Assembly: GCA_965655095.1 (NCBI GenBank)
Contig: OZ296650.1
Location: 122,388,001-122,452,000, forward strand
Source of the DNA: Haplodiscus bocki
Taxonomy: Eukaryota
Length of the DNA: 64,000 bases
Direction of reading: 5' to 3'
How positions within the stretch are numbered: position 1 is the stretch's first letter; each line of letters begins with the position of its first letter. Shown here piece after piece: positions 50,035 through 64,000 of this stretch. The notes beneath the pieces are model-generated. The model made no database searches and had not been told where the DNA came from. It saw nothing but the letters and a program-made list of their open reading frames with translations. Both the position numbers and the translations under genes were made by a program.

Positions 50035-53000
50035 CTGAAAAATGTACAAAATAGCATCGAAACTCACCTTTTCGATTTTCCATTTCTTTTCAAAAAAGAA
50101 CTTCTGGTCACAAAAAGTCTTTTTTGAAGAAGCGTCTCATATTATGCAAATTCTACGGCATTATTGGATGAGACTGACGAAAAAAAAACGTTCAGCGTGG
50201 ATATTCGCTCTATCGTGCAATTGGCAGCATATTTCATGTTACAAAACTTGAAGGTTGAGCTAATGATTTTCCGTCCTTATAAGAAACAGGCTTGCAAAAA
50301 CAAAATTAATAAAGAATACAGGTTCATCGAGCAATTTTGAAGGACTTCCACTACAAGCTCCTACTAAATAAAGACCGTTCGAAAAGCTTCTCAGGAAAAG
50401 TTCGCTCTTCCAGCTGTTGAAATCTTGCTGAAAGAAGTCATGCAGGAAAGTTGTCATCTGGGAAAACGTTTATTTCAAATCAACTTCTTAATTTCATTAT
50501 TGACCACATACTTATTCAATGCCAGACAGCATGCGGCAAAATTCAGAGCGATTAGGCAGAGAACAAACAGAAAACAGCGGAGGATTTAAGGCGGTTATCC
50601 AAATTTTAAACGAAATTTAGCTATAAAAGAACAATCTGTCATCTCAAAAGTCAGCAAAAACCAGAGCCAGTTCTGGCAAGAGCAGCATTGGAATAGCAGG
50701 ATCCAAAAAGTAGACAACTAGGGGGTTATGTAAACGTATACGCATTTGGGACAAAAAAATCCTCCCAAAAAAGCATGTTTTACTGGAAATATTCCTTGGA
50801 AAACTCGATTGAAAGAATTTTCGGACAACCCGAACATCGCATGAACACTGGTAAGATGCTGAAAGTTATCAGATCGCACTTTTATTCAGGTAATGATAGT
50901 CGTAGTTAGTTAGTTATCGCGAAAGCCAAAAGCTGTTGAAAAAATGCCTTGCATATAAAGAAACTTGGCACTAAGCCTAATCCGGCGATGTTTCGGGCAG
51001 TAAATTGTCTGCAAAATTACTGAGAGCTCGACGTAGAGAATACTGCTAGCTTCCAAAGTACCGCCGTTGGAATAGGAAGATTTTACCGAACACAGCGTAC
51101 TAAAACCTCCGAATTTAAGACCACGGTAACACATTACCCTTTGGGGTTTTTGTCGGCGAGGTTTTGGCGTCCAGGGGAGAGTTTAAGGTTGATGATGTAG
51201 TCCGGCTGTAAGTCCTTCGGAGTCGTGACCCGCAACTTCTCCTGAGGGAAAGCTGTGAACTTCATGCCAATCGGACCACTAGGCGACCTCACCATATTCG
51301 ATTTTTCAGACGGCGAGGTTTTAAAGTATCAAATACCTCAAAACTTTCAATAATGGCCGAAAATCAATAGGGTGTTGGTGAACTCGGCTTTTGTATAACT
51401 CGCCCATGCGTTTTGAAAGTTCCCATACATAATTTAAAGGACTACTCCTACAGAGGGTTTAGATCCCGTATGTCAGTAAAATGAAAACTTCGTACGAAAT
51501 GAATTTTTCAAATTGCTTTTCCGACACAACCTTGGGATCCGGGGTAATTAACATATTCAAAAGTGCCGTAGAAAGCAGGAACTTTTGCATACACACTGGA
51601 AAGGAAGTCCGATGTTTCTAGGATGTTATTTTGACGAAAAAAAATTCAATCAACTTGGAGGAAGCGGCAAGTAAACTCAAAAGGGATTAGCCAGACAAGT
51701 TTAGGGTACCTAAGAAAAGATCTGCGGGCAAGACCCCTCCGACGCTGAGATATCATTCAAAAGCACCCGAAAAGTTGTTCCTTCAGTCGAATTTTGCGGT
51801 CGCAATCCCAGATATTCAGGCCACAGAGTCCGTCTGAAAATCACTCGAAAGTCCGAAAAAATAGTCAGAAAGGAAGTGTTTTCCAGGCTAATGATAAAGC
51901 TCGCCGATCCAAGCTCGCGCAGTAGAGGGCTCAAAAACCACCGAAAATCTCACCCATCAAATGCGTAATGGGTGTAAAAATTTTGCAAGAATTGGTCAAG
52001 TTTTTGGGCCAAAATCGACGTGTGAGCACTAATTTTCAAAAAACACGCGTTTTTGAACTCAAAAAGTATTTTCTTCCATGAACAACTGAGGTACATCAAT
52101 TCATGACACATGGTCAAACAAGTTTTTACCAGTATTTTCAAATTGCAGCAGGGTGTCCCCATCGTCAGAAAATGGGAAAACCATTTCTCTGCGATTTTGT
52201 TTTTCAGGTTGTCTGAAAAACAGCCATTTTTGCTATCTAACTGAAACTTACCCCTAGACTACGTTCAACTCCGCCCGGAAACAATACTCAGGCTTCTCTT
52301 ACTCATCAGAAACTCCCATCATTTGGAGCTGAATTCTTTAGTTGGCAAGTTGCTAAAATATTGACCTCAGAAATCAGATTAATCGCGCATCGTAAAAAAA
52401 ATTGAAGAGAATTCAATCGATACACAGTCATGAGACAGGGGGCGTTTCCAGTGGCTCAAAATAAAGTGACTAGGGAGCATCTATGCCAAAAACTAGTGGG
52501 CTACCGTTGATATTCACGGAGTACAGTCCCTTCTAACGTGGCCAACAATCACCGTTTACAGTAAGCTTCCTACAGAAAAACATGCTCCCCTTGGGATAAC
52601 ATCGTCAAAACCTACCAGCAACTTTCCCAAGTATGATAGTTACCGGGAGTGTGCTATTGATGGGTATCCCGACCCAGAACCCACAAAGAGACGCCGAAAC
52701 ACAAAATAAGCGGAAAATGACGTTTTTTGGCGATTTTCCGAACATTCTGACAAAACATGTATTTGAGATAGGGGTCTAAAAACTGGCGGAAAAAAGCCTC
52801 AGCTAAAAGGCGAGTGCGTGCTGTAAACAGGAGGCGTCAGATGAAACGAAGAAGTCCGCCTTTGCTCGAGAAGATAAACGAAATGAAAAACTGCTAATTT
52901 GGACGAAAACGGCGGGGGTCGCATTTTTGACAAAAACACCCAATTACTTGAGTACGGTTTTCAATTAAGGGATCGCGAGCAACTTGCTCAATATCCAATA

Positions 53001-54324
53001 GCATTCAAAAAACGGTAACCATTCAATTTTGCAGTCCAAATGTCTTTTCCGGCAAAAAATGTCGGTGGAATTCTTGTTCGTCTTTCCGTAATTGCGGGGC
53101 ACTTTGTGGAGGGCCGGTTCTTTTAATCACTGTTTTATTGCACTGAGGACGTTGACCGGACTAAGCAGGATCGTCATACTTTTCAAAGCGTTCTCGGAAC
53201 CACTTCAGCTGTAGCCACAACTGTTTGCGTCAATGCATGGGTTGCCGAAAAGAAAATTTTCGGATGTTCCTTTTGGCATCACCTAGTGTGTTGCATGTAT
53301 AACTGCGAGTGTGCCTCAAATTTGGCCTTTTTATTTCCCGTTCTTTCTTCTCCCGCCTGTTCCTTAGTTTCTTTTTCTCTCCCTGTCGTCTTTTTGCTGG
53401 GCGGATGGTAAAAATGATGTGGACTTTTGGAAAACAATCCACTGGTAGGCGCAGCCTGCAATCGAAATGTTTGAGGTTTTTTTGGTGGCCTCAATTTCTG
53501 GCCGTCTAGGTGCGAGAATGATTCATCCAGACAACAAAACCTCGAATTCTTTAACTTCAAGAACCAAAGCACCTTAGTAGGAATAATCATAGGACATCCT
53601 TTGATCCATTCCATACCATTTTGATGGTGTCTTTTTTGCCCTCGAAAGGAGAAAATTAAGGTAAAATACCTGGAGAACCAAATTTCAGATTACTAATATT
53701 AAAGTTACGGAAAAAAACTGCCAAATGTAGCAACTCCTTGATTTTTTCAAATCTGCAGGCTTTATGGTTGCAAGCAATCTGCTAAAAGTCTCGTTTACTG
53801 AAAGGCAAAAAAATTAAGAAAAAAAATGTTGCAAAAACCACAGTCACATGCCCAAAATGTCGGATCCTTCGCATAAACTTGCGTAATACTTTCACCGGAA
53901 GATAGCTTTTTTGGTTCCATGAAAACCTGGGGACCAGACCCAACGTGTAAAAGCATTTTTCGTTGCCCTTCATCAGAAAAACGTGCACTAGGAGGGAGAA
54001 TTTGGCCATTAGGCATGGCTGAATTGCGTCTCTCCTGCCCTAGAAGAAACGTCGCTAAAAAAATTTAGGCCAGTAAAAATTCCTCGCTTTTGATGGATCA
54101 AAGCGGCTAAAACGCCACTGGTTGAGAAATATTAGACAAAACTCATAAAATACAAGATATTAATGACTAACACCAGTGTTCAAAACGTGTTTTCTTTACA
54201 AGAGTTATATATACATCAAGAACCTTCAATACTGTAGAAAGAACGGAACCAATTCTTTTTTGGCTTCAAAGCCAAGCCGAGGACTGAACTCAACGTGTAA
54301 AAGCTTTTTTTCTGGTGTAATCAC

Positions 54325-57300
54325 TGATAGAGAAACAGCTTTAGGACTTTAAAGTCAGATGTGTCTGATTTTGCTTCTGTGTGCATACTAAGTGACGTCG
54401 CCAAAAAAGAAAAAAGTGAAACGAATAACAACTCGATATTCTTCTCTTCTTCTACGCTAATTGATATAGTAATGCTGCGGAGAGAAGTTAGTTGAGAAAA
54501 ATTGTACCAATTAAAAAAGCTGAAAAATATGCTCAACCAATTAGATTTTGGAGGTTCTGAAGTTCTTTTTTCGGTGTTTGATACAAGATAATCGTCTAGA
54601 TTTTCCTCAATTGAGTTACAACAACCATCAAAAGTTTTAGGTATTTTCAGAGCTTTTGCCTTAAAACCTTCCGTCTTTCATTCAAGAAAACTCAACCAAA
54701 ACAGGTGCGAGCAATCTTCACAAATTTTCCATGGATAACCCGCTGAGTTCAGCGAAGACGACGAAAAACGCCAGCTTTGTGGTGAGACACGGAAAAATAC
54801 GGATAACCCGTATTCAAAAAGTCCAAGCGTCTGGTCTTATACCAGGAAGTTTTTTGTTTCGTAGGAGCGCCTATAGTTGTGGAGAAGCTCCAGTTTAAGG
54901 CCAACCTTGAACCCGCAAGCTAGCCTCATCAAAGCTTAAATTCTAGCAACAGCGATGTTAGCCTCATCAAAGCTTAAATTCTAGCAACAGCGATGTCGTA
55001 TGTCTCGATGGACAAGGCAAAACGAGAAGAAAGACTTATACTTGAAAACTGAACCTGTACTTATACAGCAACCAACAAGGTTTCAAGAAGGCCTTCAACA
55101 AAGAGAAACGATTCGGCCTTATAGCCAAAAGATTCCTCCCAAAGGACTCTTCCCTCAAGTTTTACAGAGGAACCTTAAGCACAGAGGAGCAGTATAACAA
55201 CCGGATCGCAGTTACATTTGAAAAAAATTCTCCATCGTTTCCATACTGGTAACTTTTAATTTACAATGGCACAAATGAGTACATCTTCACTCATTAAACA
55301 AACGGGTTATTGATTAACGCTTTTGACGAAAACTCTGCGCTAGCGGGTTACATGAACGACACCAACTGTAAGCGAAGCAATAAATCACTGCCTTTCCAAG
55401 ACGCGAATTAGCCCTAAACTTATACAATTTTAGTCTTACTCAAAGGAAAACTCTAACGGTTTTTTGTTCCAGGTGAATTACTACATGTGCATTTTGTGGA
55501 ATTTCGGGACATCCACAAAAATGAGGAAAAGGTGTATGACTACAATCGTGTAGGCCCTGAATGGCGTCTCAAAACAGGGTTATTTTTTCAATTCTGCCCT
55601 TGTTTTTGAGTTCACTGTTTAAGAACTGTAGGATTTTCAGTGACAAACTGATCAAACACAAAGTTTTTGAAGCAACTTCCTCGCAAACGTGAGTTTGCAT
55701 ACTTTGATTAAACATGACGTCTTTTTCTTAGTATGGCTCGAGCGTTTTGAAAAATACTTTGATTTTCATCTTTCAAAAATTCTATTTTGAAGGAAATGTC
55801 AGCTCTTTGAAGCTAAAGTAACCATATCAGGAAGAAAGACGGGGTTTTCTTTAACAAGAGACACAAAAACGGCACTGTTTTGAACCGCGTAACCAGAGGC
55901 CAGGAAAACACAATCGGATACAGGTCAATGGAGCAGCCGCAGATTCAAAAACACCAAGAGCCAATGTCCGCCTGAAGCATCGACCCGCATTTCCGAATAA
56001 AGGTAGCATTACCAGATATGCGCTCCAACTAATTTTTACTAGAAGCAAAGAGAATGGAGACTTTCTTCAGCAAACGTCAGAAAGAAGCTTGCGAAACAGT
56101 CCTTCTTCACCGATACTGGAAAAGAGTCCGATCAAAATTGCAAGCAGAGCTTCCGGAGCCCACGTCGCCCAAATAATTAACTACCAAAGCAAAGAGAACG
56201 ATTGGCGATATATAGAAAAAAACTCCCGTCAAATTCCCTCCCTTAACACAGAAAACAAGTTCCCTAATGAAAAAGCAATGGTTCGCTCATAGGAATAGAG
56301 AGGGACAAGTTTTTCTTTTTTCAATCCGACTGTAGAAGATGTACACAACGATCAGCAGCCACGAACGGCACATCTGACATATCACCTCATGAATCAGTTT
56401 GGTTTCAGAGTTCTAACACCAATAAAAGTTTTCGAAAAGGTTAGTAACTGCTGTTTTACAGTCCAGCTCAAGAACCGATGAACATGCCATTGACGAACAA
56501 GCCGTTGACTCCGATGCCAGCAGACGTCATTGACATTCCAATTGGCCCAGGGTGAAGCTGTTTAAGATCGACTGACTTAGTTTATTGCGTTTTCTTCAAC
56601 ATGCAAAGCAACTTGATTGAATTTCAGCTATGAAGAACTTGAAAAGGCAAGGCGACAGAGGTGCAAGTCGGCAAATGGAATCTCCGCGATCTATTGTCCC
56701 TGCCTCAAACATATGATAATACCAATACCTTGGAATGTGCAGAGTGAGTACATGAAAAGGAATCCTGATTACTTTTTGTGCAGAACCGAAGAAACTTTTG
56801 TCATGGATTAAATAACAAGTGGTTTTAGGATGTCGCCGAGCGAAGAATTTGAGCGTTCATCTCCTGAAGAAAGGGACAGGCTCAAGGAGCAGCAGCAGCC
56901 TGTTTCTTTGCCTGTTTGCCGAGCAACAAGGTCGATCAAAAGAAAAATCTTCAAATAAGAAGTGTAGAAAACGCACCTTCATATTTGAGCTTTTTGGTCA
57001 CTGTCTCAAATCTATTGAAGCACCAAGAAGAAAAGTTCCCAAAAAGATGCTGAACATGTTCAAACCAACTCCGAACAATCGGAAGACGGAACAAAAGATG
57101 AAGCTGCTGCAACTGGAGACTTAAGCTCGATATATGGAAACTTGGGTAGTGCTTAGGAACGGCCTCCACACAAGTAAAAATCGAGCGTTTGTTTTTCTAC
57201 GAAACTAGTAAATTTATAATTTTGCCTTTTGAAGGCCTCGAAAAAAACGGAAGGGCCTGAGGCAACCTGAAAAGCCAATTAGCAGAAACTGTTGTCAGAA

Positions 57301-58238
57301 AGGTTTGAATAACGATTCAGTTTGATTGTTTTTGCTTCGCAAGAATTATGGTAAGGTACAAAAGAGGTTATGTCTAAGGAATTTTAGTGATTTTATGGTG
57401 CCAAGAACGCCTCCGAAGTTTGAAACGGCACGTCAAGAGAGAGCATCCGCATATCTGAAAAGAAGCTACAATTGACCTAGTGATCAGCTTGTTGCACTTC
57501 TTTCCACGAGAAGACAATCGGAAGAAGTATGTGTGCCAGGTGGAGGTCTACCTTGGGTCACTGCAAAAAGAAAGTAATCACACCTGTCATCAGGAACATC
57601 TTGTTCTCGTGAAAAAAGCAGCAACTTGGCATTGCAGGTGTCCAATGTCGTTTCTCGTCCACCTTTCAACGGTGGGTGAGTGCATATTTCAAAAAGAACT
57701 AAAACGTTAACTAATAGTTTTGATCAAAAAATCATCAATCAGCGAAAAAATCGTTGTTTCCAGGCCTCCTCGAGAATGTACACGCCCTAAAAAAGCACCA
57801 GAATATCGCGAAAGTCCTGATAGACTTTACGAACTTCCTTACAGGGACATTCAGAGAGCAGGGAACTGGAGTGAGGAAAATGGTTAAGCTTGAAAGCATC
57901 AAAGCTCAACGGAAGGTGAACAAGCAAACCTTACACAAGACAGCGAAACAGTGGCGCAACACTTAGGTCAAGATAAACTTTCAGCAAATGACCACGCTAA
58001 GCGAACTGAAAGAAGTCTAAAGTCACCAGCTTGACCGAATATATAGAAAGGGGTTGCTCTCGCGAATATCTAAATGACGACGACCATCTCCAGCTGTTGG
58101 AGTGTCTGGCGTGCATTCTAGTGCGACGGAATGCTTGTAGAGTTTCATCCGCTGTCTATTTGAAAAATTAGCACTACAGGAGCCCATGCGAAGCAATCCA
58201 AAGAAACAATAAGATTCCCCTGTAACCACGGAAACATA
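54325..58238 (-). CDS. Candidate further upstream exons (~58238-58027, ~57165-56976, ~56547-56462, ~54659-54538, ~54476-54325)
   Basis: Open frames bounded by plausible AG/GT signals; the 54659-54538 and 54476-54325 pair is phase-compatible. No recognisable domain. Confidence 0.3.
54921..54996. repeat. Perfect 38-bp tandem duplication
   Basis: TAGCCTCATCAAAGCTTAAATTCTAGCAACAGCGATGT x2. Confidence 0.9.
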
Positions 58239-61200
58239 CTGCAAGACAAAAGTATTTATGACCTATGAGAACTAACATAAACCTTTTCTCTAAAGCCTAT
58301 TTGAGCATTTTAACTTCTCAACTGGAAGAGGCCTAGGGCAAGTTTGCGCATGATCTGAAGATTAACAATACGAATCCAGAAAATGTGAAAAGCACTTCTT
58401 GAAACTCCTCATAACTTTAAACAAGTTTTTAATGTTTCTCAGGGGTGAAAAGGCAGACCATTGAAAGAGGGGCGAATGAAAATAAGCTCAGCAACAAAAC
58501 TATTCAGAAAGGGCTTGCATTCTAAGCTTTCTCAAGGACTTGTAGCCTTTTTTTGTGTTTCTGTGGGTTTTTAGAAGCTAGTCCTACACTTAAGGTGTTT
58601 CTCACTAACCGGACAGGTTTTGGATGTCAGAAATTTCAATGTAGGAAAAGGGTATGGATATCAGTGAGCAGGGCTCGATTAATCGAGCTCGCCCCCTTTT
58701 TTTCATCTTGTTTTCTACCCGGCGAGGTTATGGACAGGCAAGTGCCAGGTTTTGTGTTCGGTAAAACTTTCGCACTTGGGCCGGCGAGGTTTTAGGTTCA
58801 TAACATCTCGCTCCCCGGCGAAGTGTAGGGTAACCAGGCCAGAGAGCTTGTAGCAAAAATCGGAGAGATTACGTAGAGAACCAGCAGAGATAACAGCGGA
58901 GGTTCAAGGTAACACTCCTAACATCAAAGAATATTCAATTGAAAAAGAAAGTCACGGAAAGCCAGCCGCTAATTAGCAAAAATCGTCTTAGAGCAGCAAG
59001 GTTCCAGACGTTGACAACTAGGGCGTTAGGTAAAGAAATGAAAAAAATTCCCAAACAGCCGTGTTTTTTTCAGAAAAAAGGAAAAAACGAATTTTTCCCG
59101 TAACCCGAAGGTCATAAGAACCAAGAGGAGATGCTGCGGTTTATTAGGATACACATATGAGGCAATTTTCCAGGTATTGAGAGTCGCAGTAAATTATCGC
59201 AAAGGGCAAAAACATTTGAAAAAATTGTACTTTGGCCACACGACCTATCTACGACGGAGCGTACCCTGAAAAGCCCTCGACTGCTTTTCCAGGCAATCCA
59301 GTGGGCGTCATCAAGCCCGGTTCAATTCTATTGTTTGTACAAGAGGGTAAAAAGCCTTTGGAAAAGTCGACGGGTCGTAAGGAGACAAATTTCGGCAATA
59401 AATCCATACGAAAAATTCGCTAGGAGTCAAAAATTGCATCAAAACGCACTGTTGTACACATAGCATAATCGGTTTCTCAGTCAAGTGATATGCATTAATT
59501 TGGCGCACGCTAAGCTTTAGATAATGCAGATATTGTTTTGAACGCAGAAAAGTTTCGGTTAAAATCTTGTGGAAAAAAGTTGAGCCAAAAAAATTTCGAC
59601 TAGGAACTGAATGCAAGTAACACTTCATATTCCATTGCTCAAACAGCATTGGGATGCCATATATGGGAAACTAGGACAGAAAAGTGGGACTAAGTAACAA
59701 TTGCACACTAAAAAAAACCTGGGTTTTCAAAAAAAAAAATCGCCATCGAAAAAAATTTTTTGGCCATCGAAAAATTCCGCCCCAGTCAATTACGACCTTG
59801 TCAACACAGCTAAACAATAAGCAAACGGATCCAAGACATGAGCTTGCAAAAAAATGAGCGTCAAGTTGAACGAACGCATTGGGCAATGAGGTATGTCGAA
59901 TGTTTCGAAAAACTTCAGCTCTTTGTGACCAGAAACCGGCCGAAAAAAATTGCAAAAATTAACACAGCACGCCACTCAACTGAATGGTGATCGGTCGATT
60001 ATGGCAAAAACAATAGCATTTCCAAGCTTCCTGTACAGAGAGAACTCAAAAACACACCCTTCAACTTGTAAAGAAATCCGAAAATTGAAGTTTTTGTCGC
60101 TAATAACTCGTTAAAAAAATTCGGCGGCCGAACATTTGCAATACGTTAGATCTTGAACCCGTCGTAGTGTTTGCAAAAAAAATCGTATTTATCCGATCAA
60201 AAAGTGCCGACAAAATGAAATTTGGGATGAAACGCAGAGAGATGCATGGACGGGAATAACGTAATCATTACGACGTGTCCTTGTGCTATTAGGCTTCGCT
60301 CAGCCCACCTAACAAAAAGAAAAAAAATGTCGGAGCCCTGAAACAAGAATCATTCCGACGTGGCTATGCGATTAGGCTTCACTCCACTAGCCTAAAAATA
60401 TTCGCTCAATTTGCTTTGCGCTGGGTTTGTGAAGATCAGAAGACACGCTGAAGGCGAACGCTGCACACGTTCAAAATTTTATTACAAAAACACGTGATTC
60501 GTAGCTAAAATCTGCCGCCCAGAATCAGAACACTCAGCGAATAAGTTGACCTCCTGGCATTCATTGCAATTAATTTAAAAAAGGAAGCAATGCACTTTCG
60601 CACAAAACGCACTGTCTGGCGATGCTTCTGCTTTAGTTTTACGTTAGAATGCCACATTGACCTACAGAAAACAATATGAAGATCGAGTGAAAATATGAGC
60701 ATTTGCAGGAAGAATTTAAAGTTTCCGACAATCTCTTTTGCTACACTTCAGCCACATTTACACATACACCTCATCCACAAAAATCCTGTCAACCTCCGAA
60801 ACATTTTCTTAGAATAAAATTTAGAAGAGTTGACGGTGCACTTTCTAACCATTTAAAAACAAGCCAAGTTACACAAAATGTCCGGAAAAAACAACCAAAA
60901 ACGACTTTGACAATACTTTGAGACTAGAAACTGCCGAAAAAAAATCTCGGAGTATTTTCACCACATGCGTTCTCCAATAATGTCATGATGTTGAGCTAAC
61001 GTGAGAAAAAAAACAAAAACACTTCCAGGCCTTCATAGTGGTGAAGAGACCGAAATACATGGAATTTTTGGCTTTTTACAAATGTTTACCGCTGAAACAC
61101 CGCCCAAAGAAAGCAGCGAAGAATCCATAAGGTCAACACGACCACTGACAGTTATTCAACGAGTAATTCAAACCAATAATGTACTTGCAATTACTGACAT

Positions 61201-62705
61201 TGTCGTACAACCTGATTTTTTGGTTTTTTTTCGCAATTTTTTCACTAAAGCTCCAAACAATTTCAAACCAAGAGGTCATCAAGAAGAATTTACTTAGCAG
61301 CGATTTCACGAACATAGGCACCCATCGTATGCGCACGCTGCTGATTCTAGTCGAATCCGACGACTTGCCGGAAAAAATTCAGTGTTTTCAGTTATTTTCG
61401 CCAATAACTTCTGGGCGAGAATTTTTCGGACGCTGAAATTTTGGGACATGGTCAACTGAAACCTTGCAGTACAGATCCTTAAGACACTAGAATGGTCCAA
61501 CCAATACGCTCTGAGATATAATGCTTCAAAGAAACGCAGAGGGCATGTCCAAAGAAGTGAACAAATTCTAAATTTGCAAAATGCGTCTGAAACGACACAA
61601 GCCATTGAATAATTTTTCGTTCCATATGGAAGCAGAAAATAATAATTTTTCTCAAACAGGTTGTCGAACGTGGTGCCGGAGTGTTGAGATAAATGAACAC
61701 TCACTGTAACAGGGGAGAGCATCCACTAATTAGCAGCTCTAAATTGAAAAAGCGGCCGCCTAGCGCATAATTGGATTGTACCAAAAACATTTTATGGTAT
61801 CATTCGATTTAGTAACTGAAGCTTCGAGAATAGCTGAGAAAATCGGTGAGAGATTTCAACTAAATCGTGCTATTTTTCTTGAAATCAAAAAAATGAAGAA
61901 ATGGCGAGGTCAGATCTTCTCCCTCTAAATTTTATCTCCCTAACTTTGGCAAAAATGGTAAAATTTAGTTGAGATTTTCTCCAAATCAGCGGCAACTTAG
62001 CCATTGTTTTCAAAAGCATTAGCGGTCCCCAGAAAAGCGGTATTAGTAATAAGCGATTTCCTATCAGCGTGGCAATACACTGCTCGAAAAGTGGGCAATT
62101 GCTTGTGATTTTCAAAAAAAAGAAACAGGCACTGCAAAGCAGTGACTTGTAACATCGAATACCCGTTGGAAGTGAAAGTAAGATAATGAATGATTATTTC
62201 TATGATAGAATTCTTACATTATCGACTCAATAGGGTAATTGTCATAAATCATTGGTCACCTTCTGTAGCATGATATACTATAGATAAACCAGAGGCGAAG
62301 CTGGACATCGCAGCACAGAGAGAGAAAGAGCTTAATGGACAAATTTATGAACGAAAATATCATCTCAAAAACTTTGAGCATATTTTGATTCTGCATTTAG
62401 TTGATCTGAAAGGATTTAATTGACTCATTAGGTGTCCCAAAATTTCCACAACTCCCCACAGCTGATCACAAATCTTGTTTCAAATCTCGCCAGTCAGTCC
62501 CTATTGACACCGCTTAGTAATCCCAGAGTAATTTACTAACGCACCTTTCATTTTGACTGTCGAAAAATGTCAGACGATCTGTCACGTCACTATTGACATG
62601 AGAATACACTACAGGATGTAGAAGATGGCAGCAATTTTTCATTGCGCGGGGATGGCGAGCAAATGGAAAAGACGCTCACCCAACAAATATTGACAGCCCA
62701 ACTTT

Positions 62706-63314
<609 letters not shown>

Positions 63315-64000
63315 CTACGATGTTAAATGATTTTAGGTTTAAGAAAATTTGATTTTTTCGAGATTTCAAAAAAGAAAAAGATACGAGTTGCCAAAAAATA
63401 AGCCCCTCCTGGGTCTCGAACATCGAAGTACATGAATTGAGGGAATTTTTGAATCCTTCAAAAAAACAGACAGCAGGATCAATTTTTTAATCAGCCAGTT
63501 TTTGCGCAGTGCTCGCATTTTTTGAAAATAAAACGAAATCTTTCAGCAACGTCCTTCCATGTGTTTTTGAAGAAACTTTCATCGACAATGAATCGCGGAA
63601 ATATGTTCCAGTAGATCGTTTCTGAAAATGCATAGCTTCCAATTAAGGAATCGGTGAACACAGGTAAATGAGTCATGAACAATTTTTTTCAAAACGAGAA
63701 AAGTGCACCAATATAATGTTACCTGACATTTATGAGCCATTTTTCTGGTGCACGGAAGGGATCTCAAAAACGCCTTCCATTAGATTGATTACAACTTACA
63801 GTTACATTTCTATCGAACGCTGCGTGAACAACATCAACAGGAAAATCCGTTTTGAAATTCACGGAAAACAACTTTTGGACACATTTGAATCAACAAAAGA
63901 CGACAATAAGTTTCAGTATACTATTCTTAATTATCATTTGGTCCCGGTAACTTTCATTAGAAACCAGAGGATTTCTCAAAAAATACAAGAGGCGAAGCGG

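Noticed and set aside
51130-58835. GGCGAGGTTTT clusters at ~51150-51320 and ~58720-58820 as ends of one large DNA transposon
   Set aside because: Motifs are mostly direct rather than inverted, there is no transposase or TSD, and candidate host exons lie between them; more likely two fragments of a small repeat.
50500-62200. Numerous 60-140 aa ORFs in the ORF track
   Set aside because: No recognisable motifs, mostly non-ATG starts; consistent with chance ORFs in intronic or repeat DNA.

Overview
Eukaryotic (metazoan, invertebrate-type) genomic DNA. The first ~16.6 kb is a nest of two Maverick/Polinton endogenous viruses. (1) The right end of a young element (1-7433) has two divergent accessory ORFs, a ~183-bp tandem array, a protein-primed family B DNA polymerase broken by an assembly gap, and a repeat-rich terminal region ending in the canonical ...ACTACT. 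(2) This end directly abuts an old, decayed Maverick on the minus strand (~7434-16600). In transcription order it retains an EGF-like growth-factor gene, a DEDD exonuclease, a small membrane protein, the packaging ATPase, two conserved ORFs, integrase, minor capsid, a core-like protein, major capsid (N-terminus triplicated) and an adenain-type protease. From ~17.4 kb to at least ~50 kb (possibly ~58 kb) lies a long multi-exon minus-strand host gene with a charged/coiled-coil N-terminal part and tandem ZU5 domains (DTHD1-like). Its introns are full of short hairpin-ended non-autonomous repeats (Helentron/HINE-like). The last coding exon of ZNF330/NOA36 is at 62.7-63.3 kb (minus). The most novel-looking signal is the ErbB-ligand-type EGF gene (a possible virokine) inside the Maverick. 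All homology calls are by-eye motif recognition; no searches were run.
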